Source: Nitrosopumilus sp.
GTDB lineage: Archaea > Thermoproteota > Nitrososphaeria > Nitrososphaerales > Nitrosopumilaceae
Reading direction: 5' to 3'
Length of the DNA: 64,000 nt
NCBI GenBank assembly: GCA_965203315.1
Contig: CBDBCE010000005.1
Location: 1 to 64,000 of the forward strand
The position numbers and the translations under genes were made by a program. The notes under the pieces were generated by a model that saw nothing but the letters and a program-made list of their open reading frames with translations, was not told the origin of the DNA and searched no databases. Positions 48,958-59,659 of the stretch are shown here, one piece after another (within the stretch, counting starts at the first letter, position 1; every line of letters begins with the position of its first letter).

Positions 48958-49269
48958 TCAAAAGTCTTTTGGAATATGTTTGTTCTCTTTTAACCACTCG
49001 ACTTGAGGTATCGTAAACCTCCAAACTATATCGCCTTGCTCTTTCTCGTTAAAGTCCCACGGTGCTATTATGACAATATCATTGTCACGGATCCATACTC
49101 GACGCTTCAACTTGCCACGTATGCGACCACGACGTGTGATGTTGTCTGCACATTTTATCAGCACATTCTCGCCCCCAAGTATCTTTATGACACGACCAAA
49201 CAGTTCACCCTCTTCTGGTAATCTGATCTCTTTTAATGCACTCTCACTCTTGACTTGACGTTTACCCAT
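48958..49269 (-). CDS. eif1a: translation initiation factor aIF-1A
   Basis: RGRIRGKLKRRVWIR.NDIVIIAPWDF, GDIVWR. Confidence 0.95.
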   Translation of the reverse strand: MGKRQVKSESALKEIRLPEEGELFGRVIKILGGENVLIKCADNITRRGRIRGKLKRRVWIRDNDIVIIAPWDFNEKEQGDIVWRFTIPQVEWLKENKHIPKDF

Positions 49270-49418
49270 GATGGCAGTTAGACGCTTTATCATATAACTT
49301 GTGGGTTTCTTGTTCTGAATTTGGTGTACTCACACCTTTGGGATTTGTACAAGAATGCATCTCTGCTGTATATTGGAACTTGCAGAATACATTTTAGAAC
49401 GATCTTGTTACAAGACAT

Positions 49419-49979
49419 ATGAAGTTTAAGTGTGTTGACGAGTGTGCCGAGTGTTGCATAGATAGGAGATACTATCCAGAGATTAGGTTTGGAAAGATAG
49501 GTGTGATCCTACTAGGTGACGAGAAGATCAAGATAGAACATCTTGCAAGAGAACATGGTATCGATGTCAATATCTTGCCCAGGATCGGTATATCTGATGA
49601 TATCGACAAGACTCCTGAGACTCTCGCATATCAACTGATGGGTAAAGACAAGGATGGAGATCTCTGCCCATTTCTCGATAAAGACAAGCGTTCGCCACAC
49701 GGTGGGTTCGCATGTACAATATACAATGACAGGCCACTCGCATGTCGTGCATATCCGTTGATAGAGTCTGATCCGATAGAGTTGGACCGAGAGTGCAAAT
49801 TTTGTAAAGAATGTGGTGTTCCAGATAGAGACCTAGATTCAGAGATCGAGTCGTTGTTAAAGATCAAGTCTGCGATGCACACTCATGCTCTATACATATG
49901 GCGTTTTGCTACAGGTATCGGTGAGGACAAGCATCGGGACCACTTTGAGCATGGTTGGATCCTAGATACTAGGGATTGA
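49419..49979 (+). CDS. YkgJ-family cysteine cluster protein
   Basis: C..C..CC, CPFL, CTIYNDRPLACRAYP. Confidence 0.88.
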   Translation: MKFKCVDECAECCIDRRYYPEIRFGKIGVILLGDEKIKIEHLAREHGIDVNILPRIGISDDIDKTPETLAYQLMGKDKDGDLCPFLDKDKRSPHGGFACTIYNDRPLACRAYPLIESDPIELDRECKFCKECGVPDRDLDSEIESLLKIKSAMHTHALYIWRFATGIGEDKHRDHFEHGWILDTRD

Positions 49980-51021
49980 TTACCGCACGACCTATGATTC
50001 GTCTCTCTTTGAGATCATTCAATGCAGTATTTGCATCATCTAACGAGTAGTGTTTAGATATCACGGGATTTATCGTTCCTTTTCTTGCAAGTGACATCAA
50101 CTCTACCATGTCATCATAGCTTCCAGTATATGCCCCTTGTACAACTAGGGACTTTAGCGGAATAGTAACCAATGATATATCTAGAGAGCCGCCAAAGAGT
50201 CCAACCAACGTTAGCACTCCTCTCTTACGCAGTATGGCAAGACCTAGTTTGGCTGTAGGCGGAGCATTGACAAAGTCGACCACACTATCGGCACCCTTTC
50301 CGTCACAAATATCTATGATCTTTTGTGCTGTGTCATCTTGTTTAGAGTTTACTGTGTGATCCGCTCCCATCTCTCTTGCTGTGTCTAGTTTCTTGTCGTC
50401 TAGATCAACACATACTATCTTGGCATCTGTTATAGCTCGTGCTATCTGTACTCCCATCAATCCAAGACCTCCTGCACCTATGATTATCAAGTATCTTGGA
50501 TTGTTGTTTATGGATCTCTTGATTGCGTTATATGCAGTAAGACCAGAACAAGCAAGCGATGTTGCAGCATCTGGATCAATTCCATCTAGCTTTACTACAT
50601 ATCTTGAATCCGGTATAATGACGTAATCTGAATATCCACCATCTGTAAAGACGCCCATGGAACGAGGAGAATCACACAGGTTCTCATTATTTGATATACA
50701 TGCAGGACAGTCTCTACAACCTATCCATGGATACACTAGAATCTTGTCTCCAATATTTACATCTGATACTAGTGGTCCCACAGCTGAGACTGTTCCAACT
50801 ATCTCATGTCCTGGTGTTATAGGATACTTTACCCCTCGATCTGTAACCTTCATGAATTGACCATCGCCTAGGTCATAGCCTCCCTCCCAGAGGTGTAGAT
50901 CACTATGACACACTCCTACAGACTCTACTTGTACGAGAACTTGGGTTGACTCTGGACTGGGAGTCTGTGTTTCGTGTATGACTAGTGGTTCTTTGGGATT
51001 TGCTATTTGCGCAGATCTCAT
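49969..51021 (-). CDS. Zn-dependent alcohol dehydrogenase
   Basis: GVCHSD, PGHE, C..C..C.......C, GAGGLG. Confidence 0.93.
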   Translation of the reverse strand: MRSAQIANPKEPLVIHETQTPSPESTQVLVQVESVGVCHSDLHLWEGGYDLGDGQFMKVTDRGVKYPITPGHEIVGTVSAVGPLVSDVNIGDKILVYPWIGCRDCPACISNNENLCDSPRSMGVFTDGGYSDYVIIPDSRYVVKLDGIDPDAATSLACSGLTAYNAIKRSINNNPRYLIIIGAGGLGLMGVQIARAITDAKIVCVDLDDKKLDTAREMGADHTVNSKQDDTAQKIIDICDGKGADSVVDFVNAPPTAKLGLAILRKRGVLTLVGLFGGSLDISLVTIPLKSLVVQGAYTGSYDDMVELMSLARKGTINPVISKHYSLDDANTALNDLKERRIIGRAVINP

Positions 51022-51095
51022 TTGGAATGATTCTGCATATTTAACAATATAAGAGTTGACTAAAAGTCGAAAAAGAGTAGAGTTATTAGATATTA

Positions 51096-51788
51096 TTGAG
51101 TAGAGTCCTAGCAAAAGCTATGGAATCTGCAAGAATATCTGACGAGCCGGTCAGTATTCTATTCAACACATCTGTAGTTGCTAAACGAGATGTCTGGAGT
51201 ATAGATCTGATAAAGATACTCGATCTCTTGATGGACATATTGGCCAAGACTGGACATACCGATCTAAAGGTTGCAGGAATGGCTGCACTCTCATCCTCGT
51301 TGATATATCATATGAAGGTTGAGAGCATCTTTGCACTACAACGAGCCGTGGCAGAAAAGAGACCCATACCACAACGTGTAGATGTTGATATTGATATTAT
51401 AGACATGCCGTATAGACACGAGTCGACCTTTCCTGTATCGCTTGATGATCTGTTGGAGATGCTGCAAGACCTGATAGGCATGATGGCTAATCCACGTTCA
51501 CACAGAAAGGCGATGATAGAGCCTGTCGAGAGCCCAAACTTTGACGAGTATTTTGTCAAAGTCGAGGATTTTATTGCAAAGTATCAAGATCTGATCATGA
51601 GCAAGATTGAAAGGTTGGGATCTGGAACTCTGCACGAGATCATTCAGGATCTCGATTCTATAGACTCTATTCGTTGTTTCTTTGCAATCTTGTTTCTTGC
51701 AAGGGATCAGCGTGTCGATCTAGAACAGGATGGCGATGATATAAAGATCATTATGGTAAAGGATGATGCACTTGGTACAGAAAGTTGA
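51096..51788 (+). CDS. scpA: segregation and condensation protein A
   Basis: DVWSIDL, FFAILFLA....VDLEQ; adjacent scpB. Confidence 0.85.
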   Translation: MSRVLAKAMESARISDEPVSILFNTSVVAKRDVWSIDLIKILDLLMDILAKTGHTDLKVAGMAALSSSLIYHMKVESIFALQRAVAEKRPIPQRVDVDIDIIDMPYRHESTFPVSLDDLLEMLQDLIGMMANPRSHRKAMIEPVESPNFDEYFVKVEDFIAKYQDLIMSKIERLGSGTLHEIIQDLDSIDSIRCFFAILFLARDQRVDLEQDGDDIKIIMVKDDALGTES

Positions 51789-52314
51789 AGATATGGCAGA
51801 TGCGAGAGGGAGGATAGAGGCTGCACTATACTCGTCTGGAAGACCACTAAGTATACAAGATCTGATAAAGGCATCTGGGACAGAGTCACGTCCAAAGACC
51901 CTCGAACTGATCGATACTGTAATAAAGAGAACCAAGACTGCTTTCAAAGCAATAGAGATTGTATCACTTCCTGATGGTTCGTACGTCTTTCAGTTAAAGC
52001 CCGAGTACAGCAATACGATAAAGCGATATGCATCAAAGCCTCTTCTATCGAAGGCTACACAAAAGACGCTATCGTATATTGCATATGAACAACCAATATC
52101 ATCAAAACGATTGGTCGAGACACGTGGTACAGGTGTGTATGCTCATCTCAAAGAGCTACGACAGCTAGACTATATCTCACATCAGAACGTTGGGCGACTA
52201 AAGATATACTCCACGACACCCAAATTTCAAAAGTACTTTGGAATTCAAGGTGATCCTGACGAGTTGAGAAAACAACTCTTTGCAAAGTTTAGACAAAAAA
52301 AGACCAAGCTTTAA
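51763..52314 (+). CDS. scpB: segregation and condensation protein B
   Basis: IEAALYSSGRPLS, TLSYIAYEQPI, TT.KF..YFG. Confidence 0.92.
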   Translation: MMHLVQKVEDMADARGRIEAALYSSGRPLSIQDLIKASGTESRPKTLELIDTVIKRTKTAFKAIEIVSLPDGSYVFQLKPEYSNTIKRYASKPLLSKATQKTLSYIAYEQPISSKRLVETRGTGVYAHLKELRQLDYISHQNVGRLKIYSTTPKFQKYFGIQGDPDELRKQLFAKFRQKKTKL

Positions 52315-52557
52315 AGCTGTGGCATCGTAGATGTAATGTTTGTTTGTTCATCTTGAATAATAGATATCATCTTGAACTATTTGGTTATTGTTTGGACATC
52401 CTATTGAGTGACAAAAAGCTATGCATTATATGTAAATCATACACTCTACTAGAATCAACATTTATACCTTTTTGGATCACTTTCTTTGATCTCACTAGTT
52501 GCAGCCTATTGCAAAACTGATCTTGATACTTTGATATTCTCTAGAGAAAAGTACGTT

Positions 52558-52603
52558 GTCTAGTTGTTGTGTCTAGTTGTTGTGTCTAGTTGTTGTGTCT
52601 AGT
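52558..52603. repeat. 13-bp tandem repeat GTCTAGTTGTTGT x3.5
   Basis: Read directly; followed by inverted AACAACTAG. Confidence 0.85.
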
Positions 52604-52659
52604 AACAACTAGTCACTGATCTAACATAATTATCATATACATCATATACGTCATATGGA

Positions 52660-53223
52660 TCATATGTTTTGCACTTTGATTGTACGATCTTGTGTTACGA
52701 TCCATCTTACTGGTATGTCGTCTGCTCTCTTTGGTATGTGTCTAATGATCTGTTTCTCAAGTACTAGTGATATCGTCTCTATGTTGTATTTAGCTAGATA
52801 TCTATCATAAAATCCATGACCGTATCCTAGTCTGATCCCTTTTGGAGATACTGCAACCGTTGGTACTAGTATGATATCTAGGTTATTGTCTGACAAGCAA
52901 CTATCTTTTGGTTCCATTATTCCAAATTGACCCATCTCTAAACTTGCAACGCCATCAATCTCTCTAAACTCTATCATGTCTGATACAATCTTTGGTAGAT
53001 AGACTTTTGATTCAGAACTAGAGATATTCTGGATGATATCCCTAGTTGGAATCTCACTTCCAATAGAATAGTACAGTCCAATCTTTTTAGCAGATGCAAA
53101 ACTATCTATCTTGCATAGTCGTTTATGAATCTCTCTAGCCGCTATCTCTAACATGTCGCCTGATGTATTGTCTCGTTGATTCAATAGACGTCTACGTAAC
53201 GACTCTCTCTCATGATTGTACAA
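52660..53223 (-). CDS. 5-formyltetrahydrofolate cyclo-ligase
   Basis: FGIMEP, RLGYGHGFYDRYL. Confidence 0.92.
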   Translation of the reverse strand: MYNHERESLRRRLLNQRDNTSGDMLEIAAREIHKRLCKIDSFASAKKIGLYYSIGSEIPTRDIIQNISSSESKVYLPKIVSDMIEFREIDGVASLEMGQFGIMEPKDSCLSDNNLDIILVPTVAVSPKGIRLGYGHGFYDRYLAKYNIETISLVLEKQIIRHIPKRADDIPVRWIVTQDRTIKVQNI

Positions 53224-54076
53224 TATGACTATTTAGTGATGCAGCTGTTATTGTATTTTTCAACAACATTGCAACTGTCATGGGTCCAACTCCGCCGGGA
53301 ACAGGTGTAACGAATCTTGCTTTTGTTATGATCTCTTCATAGTCTATATCGCCTATCAGTTTACCATCGTATCTTGATATTGCAACATCTATTACAACTG
53401 CATCTTTTTGTATCATGTTTGATTTTAAAACAAACTTTGATCTATTGCCTACAGCTGTGATAATGATATCAGCTGTCTTGCATATCATATCTAGGTCCCT
53501 TGTCTTGGAGTGGCAAATAGTAACTGTCGCATCTCTCTGTACTAGTAAGTGGTATAGCGGTATTCCTACCAGCCGACTTCTGTTGACGAGTACAACATGT
53601 CTGCCGGATAACTCTATACCATAATAGTCTAACATCTCGATCACCGCTAGTGGAGTACACGCAATCAATGCTGCCTTTCCTGCTGCAAGCAGACCTACAT
53701 TGTACGGAGTCAGTCCGTCAACATCCTTTAACGGTGATATCTTTAGTAGTGTGTTGTATTCATCTAGGTGATCCGGTAGAGGTAACTGCAACAAGATTCC
53801 ATGTACCAGAGTATTAGAGTTCAGTTCTTGGATCAGATCATCTATCTCACTCTGAGTTGTATTTGCAGCTAGAGTATGATCTTGGGTTGTTATGCCTACC
53901 TCTGCACAAGCCTTGTGTTTATTTCTGACATATGTGGCCGAAGCCTGATCGTCTCCTACTAGGATGGTAGCAAGACATGGTATGATGCCTTGTCTCCTCT
54001 GTTCCACCACTGCCATCTTTACTCTATCCTTTACAGATTGTGCAACCTTTACTCCATCCATCCTTGTACCTGTCAT
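53210..54076 (-). CDS. folD: methylene-THF dehydrogenase/cyclohydrolase
   Basis: YVRNK, QLPLP, KDVDG, ACTP, TPVPGGVGPMT. Confidence 0.96.
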   Translation of the reverse strand: MTGTRMDGVKVAQSVKDRVKMAVVEQRRQGIIPCLATILVGDDQASATYVRNKHKACAEVGITTQDHTLAANTTQSEIDDLIQELNSNTLVHGILLQLPLPDHLDEYNTLLKISPLKDVDGLTPYNVGLLAAGKAALIACTPLAVIEMLDYYGIELSGRHVVLVNRSRLVGIPLYHLLVQRDATVTICHSKTRDLDMICKTADIIITAVGNRSKFVLKSNMIQKDAVVIDVAISRYDGKLIGDIDYEEIITKARFVTPVPGGVGPMTVAMLLKNTITAASLNSHIVQS

Positions 54077-54152
54077 GTATCTCAGTCTGTATTTTGCTAT
54101 TTAATTCTTGGAGCAAGATCAGAGACAAGATATTGGACTCAGATATGATGTA

Positions 54153-55398
54153 CAGACATCGCAAATGTACGTGTAAATTTTGGCATCTAGGGTGCAATCG
54201 GCTCAGGCGGAGGCTCAGGTGGGATCTCGATCAATGTTTGCACTGTTTTAAGAAACAAGCTTTGGTACATCTTGTGAGATGTGATACCTTCAACCAACAA
54301 TACAAGATTGAATATAGTCCACAAGTTTAGCAACATTTGTGCAGACATGAACATGTATGTTCTACACGGTGTTGATCTACTGTGAGTTCTAACACGCATA
54401 TTTCGAGTAAATTTGAATCCATTCTCAATCTCCCAACGATCGCGATATTTCTCTAGATCAATATTTGGATCATTTGTTGCAAATGCTCTATACTCTTCTG
54501 GGTCATCTCTGTCACGAGTTATTATGATGTAACATCCTGCTTGATCCTTGTTGTTCTTTATTACATATTTTGACACTCTAACTCATTCTCCTCGTTTGTA
54601 TTCCTCTATTGCTTTTTTTATGCCAGAAGTGTTTACGCATGGCATCAGATATTTGTGTCTAGTTCCATTCAAGAATTTGATCATAGCAACTGAATAAAAC
54701 CCACGATCGGCAACAAACAGCGCTGGTCTTGTAGAGTTTATTTCGTAAAAATCTACAATTTTAGGCATAAAATCAGCATTTTTTTCCCCTTTTTTGACTG
54801 AAAATGTAGATAAAACAAGTCTTGTGCCGGGGTTGACCAGCTGTGCAGAGATGTGTGTCTCAAATACAGTCGTACCATCTTTCGCTCTACCCTTAATCAG
54901 ATCTGGATTATCTTTATCATATCTTGAAAAACTCGTTCTGTCTACTCCAATGATAGGATGTCGAGGAAAGCGACCAAGCCGTTTTAGCTCTGACAGGTGT
55001 TGCGTCACGGCATACTTGAATATCTCATCTATCGGTTTCTCACACGTCTCTTCGATCCTCTTCCTAATCCATTCGCCTGTAGGTGCATAACCATCACTAT
55101 CTCTGATCAATCTGGAACGATCAGCAGGAGATTTGTTTGCTACTGCCGCATCTATGATGATCTTGAGTCCGTCCCATTTTGTGTATTTGGCATTGTGATA
55201 ATTAGATACTTTGAATGGTATCTGATCCATAGCGTTTATGAAAATATATCTATAAGTAGAACGGTTTCTAGATACTGCTTGTCTCAGCGAGTCTGATTGT
55301 TTGCGCATTAGATTCCTGAGACATGCAATCCTTATTGACTTTGTTTGATCGATATTTTTGATCTTTTGGTTAAATTATAGTTACTTTTGCGATGTCTG
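54153..55398 (-). mobile_element. ISH3/IS4-like insertion sequence (1246 bp)
   Basis: TIR CAGACATCGCAAA(T/A)GTA; 6-bp direct repeat GATGTA (54147-54152, 55399-55404). Confidence 0.88.
54187..55308 (-). pseudogene. ISH3/IS4-like DDE transposase with one in-frame TGA (54583-54585)
   Basis: IGVDRT, ADRGFYS, YRDRWEIENGFK; both ORFs are in the same frame. Confidence 0.85.
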
Positions 55399-55474
55399 GA
55401 TGTAGAATATTCTGACATTTGTAGTATGTCGTATAGGAACTAGATCTTTTAACGAATTGAAAATCAACACCAAG

Positions 55475-55615
55475 AGACTATGTGCGTATTATTAAGAGTG
55501 CTCATGTCCGACCATCAAACATGACCACAACGAATCAATTTGCCTCTAGAAATCACATGTGTGTTTGACTATGTCTCAAAACATGCACAAGATCTAAGAA
55601 ATACGCACACAGTCT
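55475..55615. mobile_element. MITE family C, copy 2
   Basis: AGACTATGTGCGTATT...AATACGCACACAGTCT; AAG on both flanks. Confidence 0.85.
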
Positions 55616-55662
55616 AAGATTGCAAAATCATAAACAAATTCATCTGTTGGACAAACCAGACA

Positions 55663-56349
55663 TCAAGAGTTGAACATCTTTGATGTTATCTCTTCATGCG
55701 ACATTTGAATTATATCACACTGTGGAGCAAACTGCCACATCTCTGATATTGGTGTATCGATGTATGTATTTATGACATCTATGATGATATCTTTGGCGCT
55801 GTGGATCATCTCTTGTCCTTTAAAGTGATCAATCAGACCTAGTCGTAGTGCAGCTGATATCATTCCTGTAACTGCACTATACACCATACACGTCATACCT
55901 TGCTGTTTTGTCAGGCCCATTGCACATGCAGATACAGCAGACGCAACAACAAGAGTTCCACGTGTCGTATTGTCTGATATGTGCGTATGGTATAGTCGTA
56001 CATTATCGTTATCTACAAACCTTGATACACAACGAATCATTTGAGAGCCTGAACGTGTAGATGCATCTCTGATGGTCTTGGCAGTCTTTGTTGCATGTAT
56101 GATATGATCGATCCGTACAATCTCGTCTAGATCACTGCGTGTCATAGCGTCATATGCGTTACCAAATCCAACGCAGTCTGTTGGACCTATCTGTTGTGCT
56201 ATACAGGTACAGACGAACTCGTAAATGTCATTGTGATCTAGATGTTTTTGTGCAAGAGACTCTAATCCATTAGAGAAGGTAAATGAACCAATAGGAAATA
56301 ACGAGTCTGATATCTGTAACATTCCTAGAAATTGTTCACTAGTGTTCAT
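55663..56349 (-). CDS. ureF: urease accessory protein UreF
   Basis: LQISDSLFPIGSFTFSNGLE, SAALRLG, KMFNS. Confidence 0.93.
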   Translation of the reverse strand: MNTSEQFLGMLQISDSLFPIGSFTFSNGLESLAQKHLDHNDIYEFVCTCIAQQIGPTDCVGFGNAYDAMTRSDLDEIVRIDHIIHATKTAKTIRDASTRSGSQMIRCVSRFVDNDNVRLYHTHISDNTTRGTLVVASAVSACAMGLTKQQGMTCMVYSAVTGMISAALRLGLIDHFKGQEMIHSAKDIIIDVINTYIDTPISEMWQFAPQCDIIQMSHEEITSKMFNS

Positions 56350-56794
56350 GGACATCTGCTGCCTCTTCTGGAATAAAGACTTGTTTACGTATCTCTATGC
56401 TGCATATCGTGTCACCAAGTAATCTCGTAAACAACTCTAACTCTATGTCTGCATGTATCGGAAATATTATCTCGTTATCTAGAATCGCTATCGGTCTATG
56501 TCGATTTCCAATGATGTGTCCCAAGAGCGTCAGTGTCTGTAGTTTATGATCATGTGGTTTAACAACTGCAACCTTTTCAGGAGTCTGATATATCACAATA
56601 TTGGTATCATTGTCTTGCATGATATCACCATGTTTCAGTCTGATCCCTGAATCTAGATTCAGACCGACATCTGTACCTTTATCGGTTTGAAGTCGCATCA
56701 CACGTCGCTGCATCTCTGTTCTACTGATACTTACTTGCTCGTGAATACTGATATCATCGACAAATACATTTCCTATGCGTCTAGGTCGTATCAT
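56339..56794 (-). CDS. ureE: urease accessory protein UreE
   Basis: LKHGD, GHIIGNRH, C-terminal HEH. Confidence 0.9.
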   Translation of the reverse strand: MIRPRRIGNVFVDDISIHEQVSISRTEMQRRVMRLQTDKGTDVGLNLDSGIRLKHGDIMQDNDTNIVIYQTPEKVAVVKPHDHKLQTLTLLGHIIGNRHRPIAILDNEIIFPIHADIELELFTRLLGDTICSIEIRKQVFIPEEAADVHEH

Positions 56795-56861
56795 GTGTAT
56801 ACAAATCTAGTTATTCTTTTTAATTATTAAATAGCATCAACATCTAATACATTATACATTG

Positions 56862-57161
56862 ATGCTAACACCACGAGAGATAGATAAACTACAAATCTTT
56901 GTTACTGCAGAACTCGCTCGCAGAAGACAGGGTCGTGGTTTGAAACTTAATCATCCAGAGGCGATATCGATACTCGCTGATCATATTTTAGAAGGAGCTA
57001 GAGATGGCAAGACAGTTGCCGATCTGATGAGTTCTGGAAGACATGTCTTGACAAGAGATGATGTCTTGGAAGGAGTTCCAGAACTGATTCATAGCATTCA
57101 AGTCGAGGCAACGTTCAATGACGGGACCAAACTAGTGACGGTTCATGATCCAATTGTGTGA
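56862..57161 (+). CDS. ureA: urease gamma subunit
   Basis: [29 protein letters not shown]. Confidence 0.96.
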   Translation: MLTPREIDKLQIFVTAELARRRQGRGLKLNHPEAISILADHILEGARDGKTVADLMSSGRHVLTRDDVLEGVPELIHSIQVEATFNDGTKLVTVHDPIV

Positions 57162-57167
57162 TGCGTT

Positions 57168-57530
57168 ATGATTCCGGGCCAATACTATATCTCTGATGAA
57201 CCGATAATAGCCAATCGTGGCCGGAACACCAAAGAGATATCTGTACAAAACACCGGTGATCGACCTATCCAAGTCGGTTCTCACACTCACTTTTTTGAAG
57301 CAAATAGAGCACTAGAGTTTGTGCGTAGAGAAGCGTATGGGTATCACTTGAATATTCCTTCGGGGACATCTGTACGATTCGAGCCAGGTGGTACAAAGAG
57401 AGTACAACTAGTAGAGTTTGGTGGCAAGCGGATAGTGTATGGTTTCTCTGGTCTAGTGAACGGTGAACTAGATGCCATGTATGACACAGCACTACAACGT
57501 GCCGCAGAGAGGGGGTTTAAAGGAGCATGA
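57168..57530 (+). CDS. ureB: urease beta subunit
   Basis: [25 protein letters not shown]. Confidence 0.96.
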   Translation: MIPGQYYISDEPIIANRGRNTKEISVQNTGDRPIQVGSHTHFFEANRALEFVRREAYGYHLNIPSGTSVRFEPGGTKRVQLVEFGGKRIVYGFSGLVNGELDAMYDTALQRAAERGFKGA

Positions 57531-59236
57531 CATTGCATATGCCTAGAAGCAGATATACAGATCTCTATGGGCCAACCGTAGGCGATCGAGTACGACTAGC
57601 TGACACAGATCTCATAATCGAGATAGAACGAGATCTCTTACGTTATGGTGATGAAGCGGTATTTGGTGGAGGAAAGAGTATTCGCGATGGACTCGGCCAA
57701 GCAAGTGGCATATCTGATGACAAGGGACTGGATCTAGTAATAACAAACGCTCTGGTGCTTGATCCTATACTAGGTATAGTAAAAGCAGACATTGGCATAA
57801 AGAACGGAGTCATAGTCGGTGTAGGGAACGCGGGAAATCCAAACATCATGGATGATATCGACATGATCATATCGTCAAATACAGAGGTCATTGCAGGTGA
57901 ACACACTATATGCACGCCAGGTACAATAGACTCTCACATACACTTTATCTCGCCACAACAAGCGATTCATGCAATATGTAACGGTACAACTAGTATGATC
58001 GGTGGCGGAACAGGCCCGGCAGATGGTACAAACGCCACGACATGTACACCAGGCAGATGGAATATTCACAGAATGATTGAGGCGGTAAATGACATGCCGC
58101 TCAACTTTGGCTTTCTTGCAAAGGGAAATGACTCTCAAGGTGTATCTTTGATGGAACAGATCGAGTCTGGAGCATGTGGACTCAAACTACATGAAGACTG
58201 GGGGACGACTCCTGCTACCATCGATATGGCGTTACGTATAGCCGATCAAACAGACACACAAGTTGCGATACACACAGATACATTGAACGAGTGTGGTTTT
58301 GTAGACGATACAATATCAGCTATAAACGGCAGAACCATTCATACATATCATACCGAAGGTGCAGGTGGTGGACACGCTCCTGATATTCTGAGAATCGCAG
58401 CTCATCAGAATGTATTACCATCGTCCACAAACCCGACACGTCCTTTTACTATAAACACGCTAGACGAACATCTGGATATGATGATGGTGTGTCATCACTT
58501 GAATCCTGGTGTACCTGAAGATGTTGCGTTTGCTGAGTCTAGGATTCGCGGAGAGACCATTGCTGCTGAGGATGTATTGCACGATATTGGTGTACTCAGT
58601 ATGATGTCATCCGATAGTCAAGCCATGGGACGTGTAGGTGAGGTAACTACACGAAATTGGCAGACAGCTGACAAGATGAAAAAGATGACTGGTCCACTTC
58701 CACAAGACACAACAAGAAACGACAACTTTAGAGTCAAACGCTACCTGGCCAAGATCACAATAAATCCTGCGATAACTCATGGCATATCATCTTATGTGGG
58801 TTCACTCCAACCTGGCAAGATAGCAGATATTGTGATGTGGTCACCACAGTTCTTTGGGGTCAAACCAAAGATGATCATAAAGGGAGGGTTCATTGCATAC
58901 TCGCTAATGGGTGATCCAAACGCATCTATTCCTACTACTGAGCCTGTGATGTATAGACCAATGTTTGGCGCACATGGCAAGGCAACTCAATCAACATCAG
59001 TCATATTTACATCAAAAGCCGCAATCGAGAAGGGCATCAGATCAGATATTCCGTACAGAAGACTAGTACCGGTTCAGAACTGTAGAAGTATAGGTAAACA
59101 TGACATGTTGTACAACGATCAAACTCCAGATATCCAGGTCAATCCCGAGACGTATGAGGTACGAATAGACGGCAAGATTGCATCGGTTGATCCAGTAGAT
59201 CGACTATCGATGGCACGACTCTACAATCTCTTTTGA
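57527..59236 (+). CDS. ureC: urease alpha subunit
   Basis: [38 protein letters not shown]. Confidence 0.98.
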   Translation: MTLHMPRSRYTDLYGPTVGDRVRLADTDLIIEIERDLLRYGDEAVFGGGKSIRDGLGQASGISDDKGLDLVITNALVLDPILGIVKADIGIKNGVIVGVGNAGNPNIMDDIDMIISSNTEVIAGEHTICTPGTIDSHIHFISPQQAIHAICNGTTSMIGGGTGPADGTNATTCTPGRWNIHRMIEAVNDMPLNFGFLAKGNDSQGVSLMEQIESGACGLKLHEDWGTTPATIDMALRIADQTDTQVAIHTDTLNECGFVDDTISAINGRTIHTYHTEGAGGGHAPDILRIAAHQNVLPSSTNPTRPFTINTLDEHLDMMMVCHHLNPGVPEDVAFAESRIRGETIAAEDVLHDIGVLSMMSSDSQAMGRVGEVTTRNWQTADKMKKMTGPLPQDTTRNDNFRVKRYLAKITINPAITHGISSYVGSLQPGKIADIVMWSPQFFGVKPKMIIKGGFIAYSLMGDPNASIPTTEPVMYRPMFGAHGKATQSTSVIFTSKAAIEKGIRSDIPYRRLVPVQNCRSIGKHDMLYNDQTPDIQVNPETYEVRIDGKIASVDPVDRLSMARLYNLF

Positions 59237-59282
59237 TACTAGATCGTCAACACGACACTGTTCTTGACATGCCTAGAACAAT

Positions 59283-59422
59283 AGACTGTATGCGTATTAT
59301 TGAGAGTGCCCATGTCAACCATCAAACACGATAACAATGAATCAATTTGTCTCTAGAAATAACACGTGCGCTTTACAATGCCTCAAAATATACATGAGAC
59401 ATAAGAAATACGCATACAGTCT
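59283..59422. mobile_element. MITE family C, copy 3
   Basis: AGACTGTATGCGTATT...AATACGCATACAGTCT. Confidence 0.85.
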
Positions 59423-59659
59423 CTGATATCATCTATGTCGATACAAAATGTCCAATGTTGTACAGATTCCCACTGCCTGGTGTTATGTCGACTTGTCAGA
59501 TCTAGACTCTAAATGATACATTAAGATATCTGGTATTATATACAGTATGTCGTTATAGGTGCCTGCTGCGATATACAAATCTGTAGATGTCTACTAAATT
59601 GAGTAGATAAAGAATATTGTATCTTTAATTATTAAGTAGAATATTGATTCAGAGAAACT

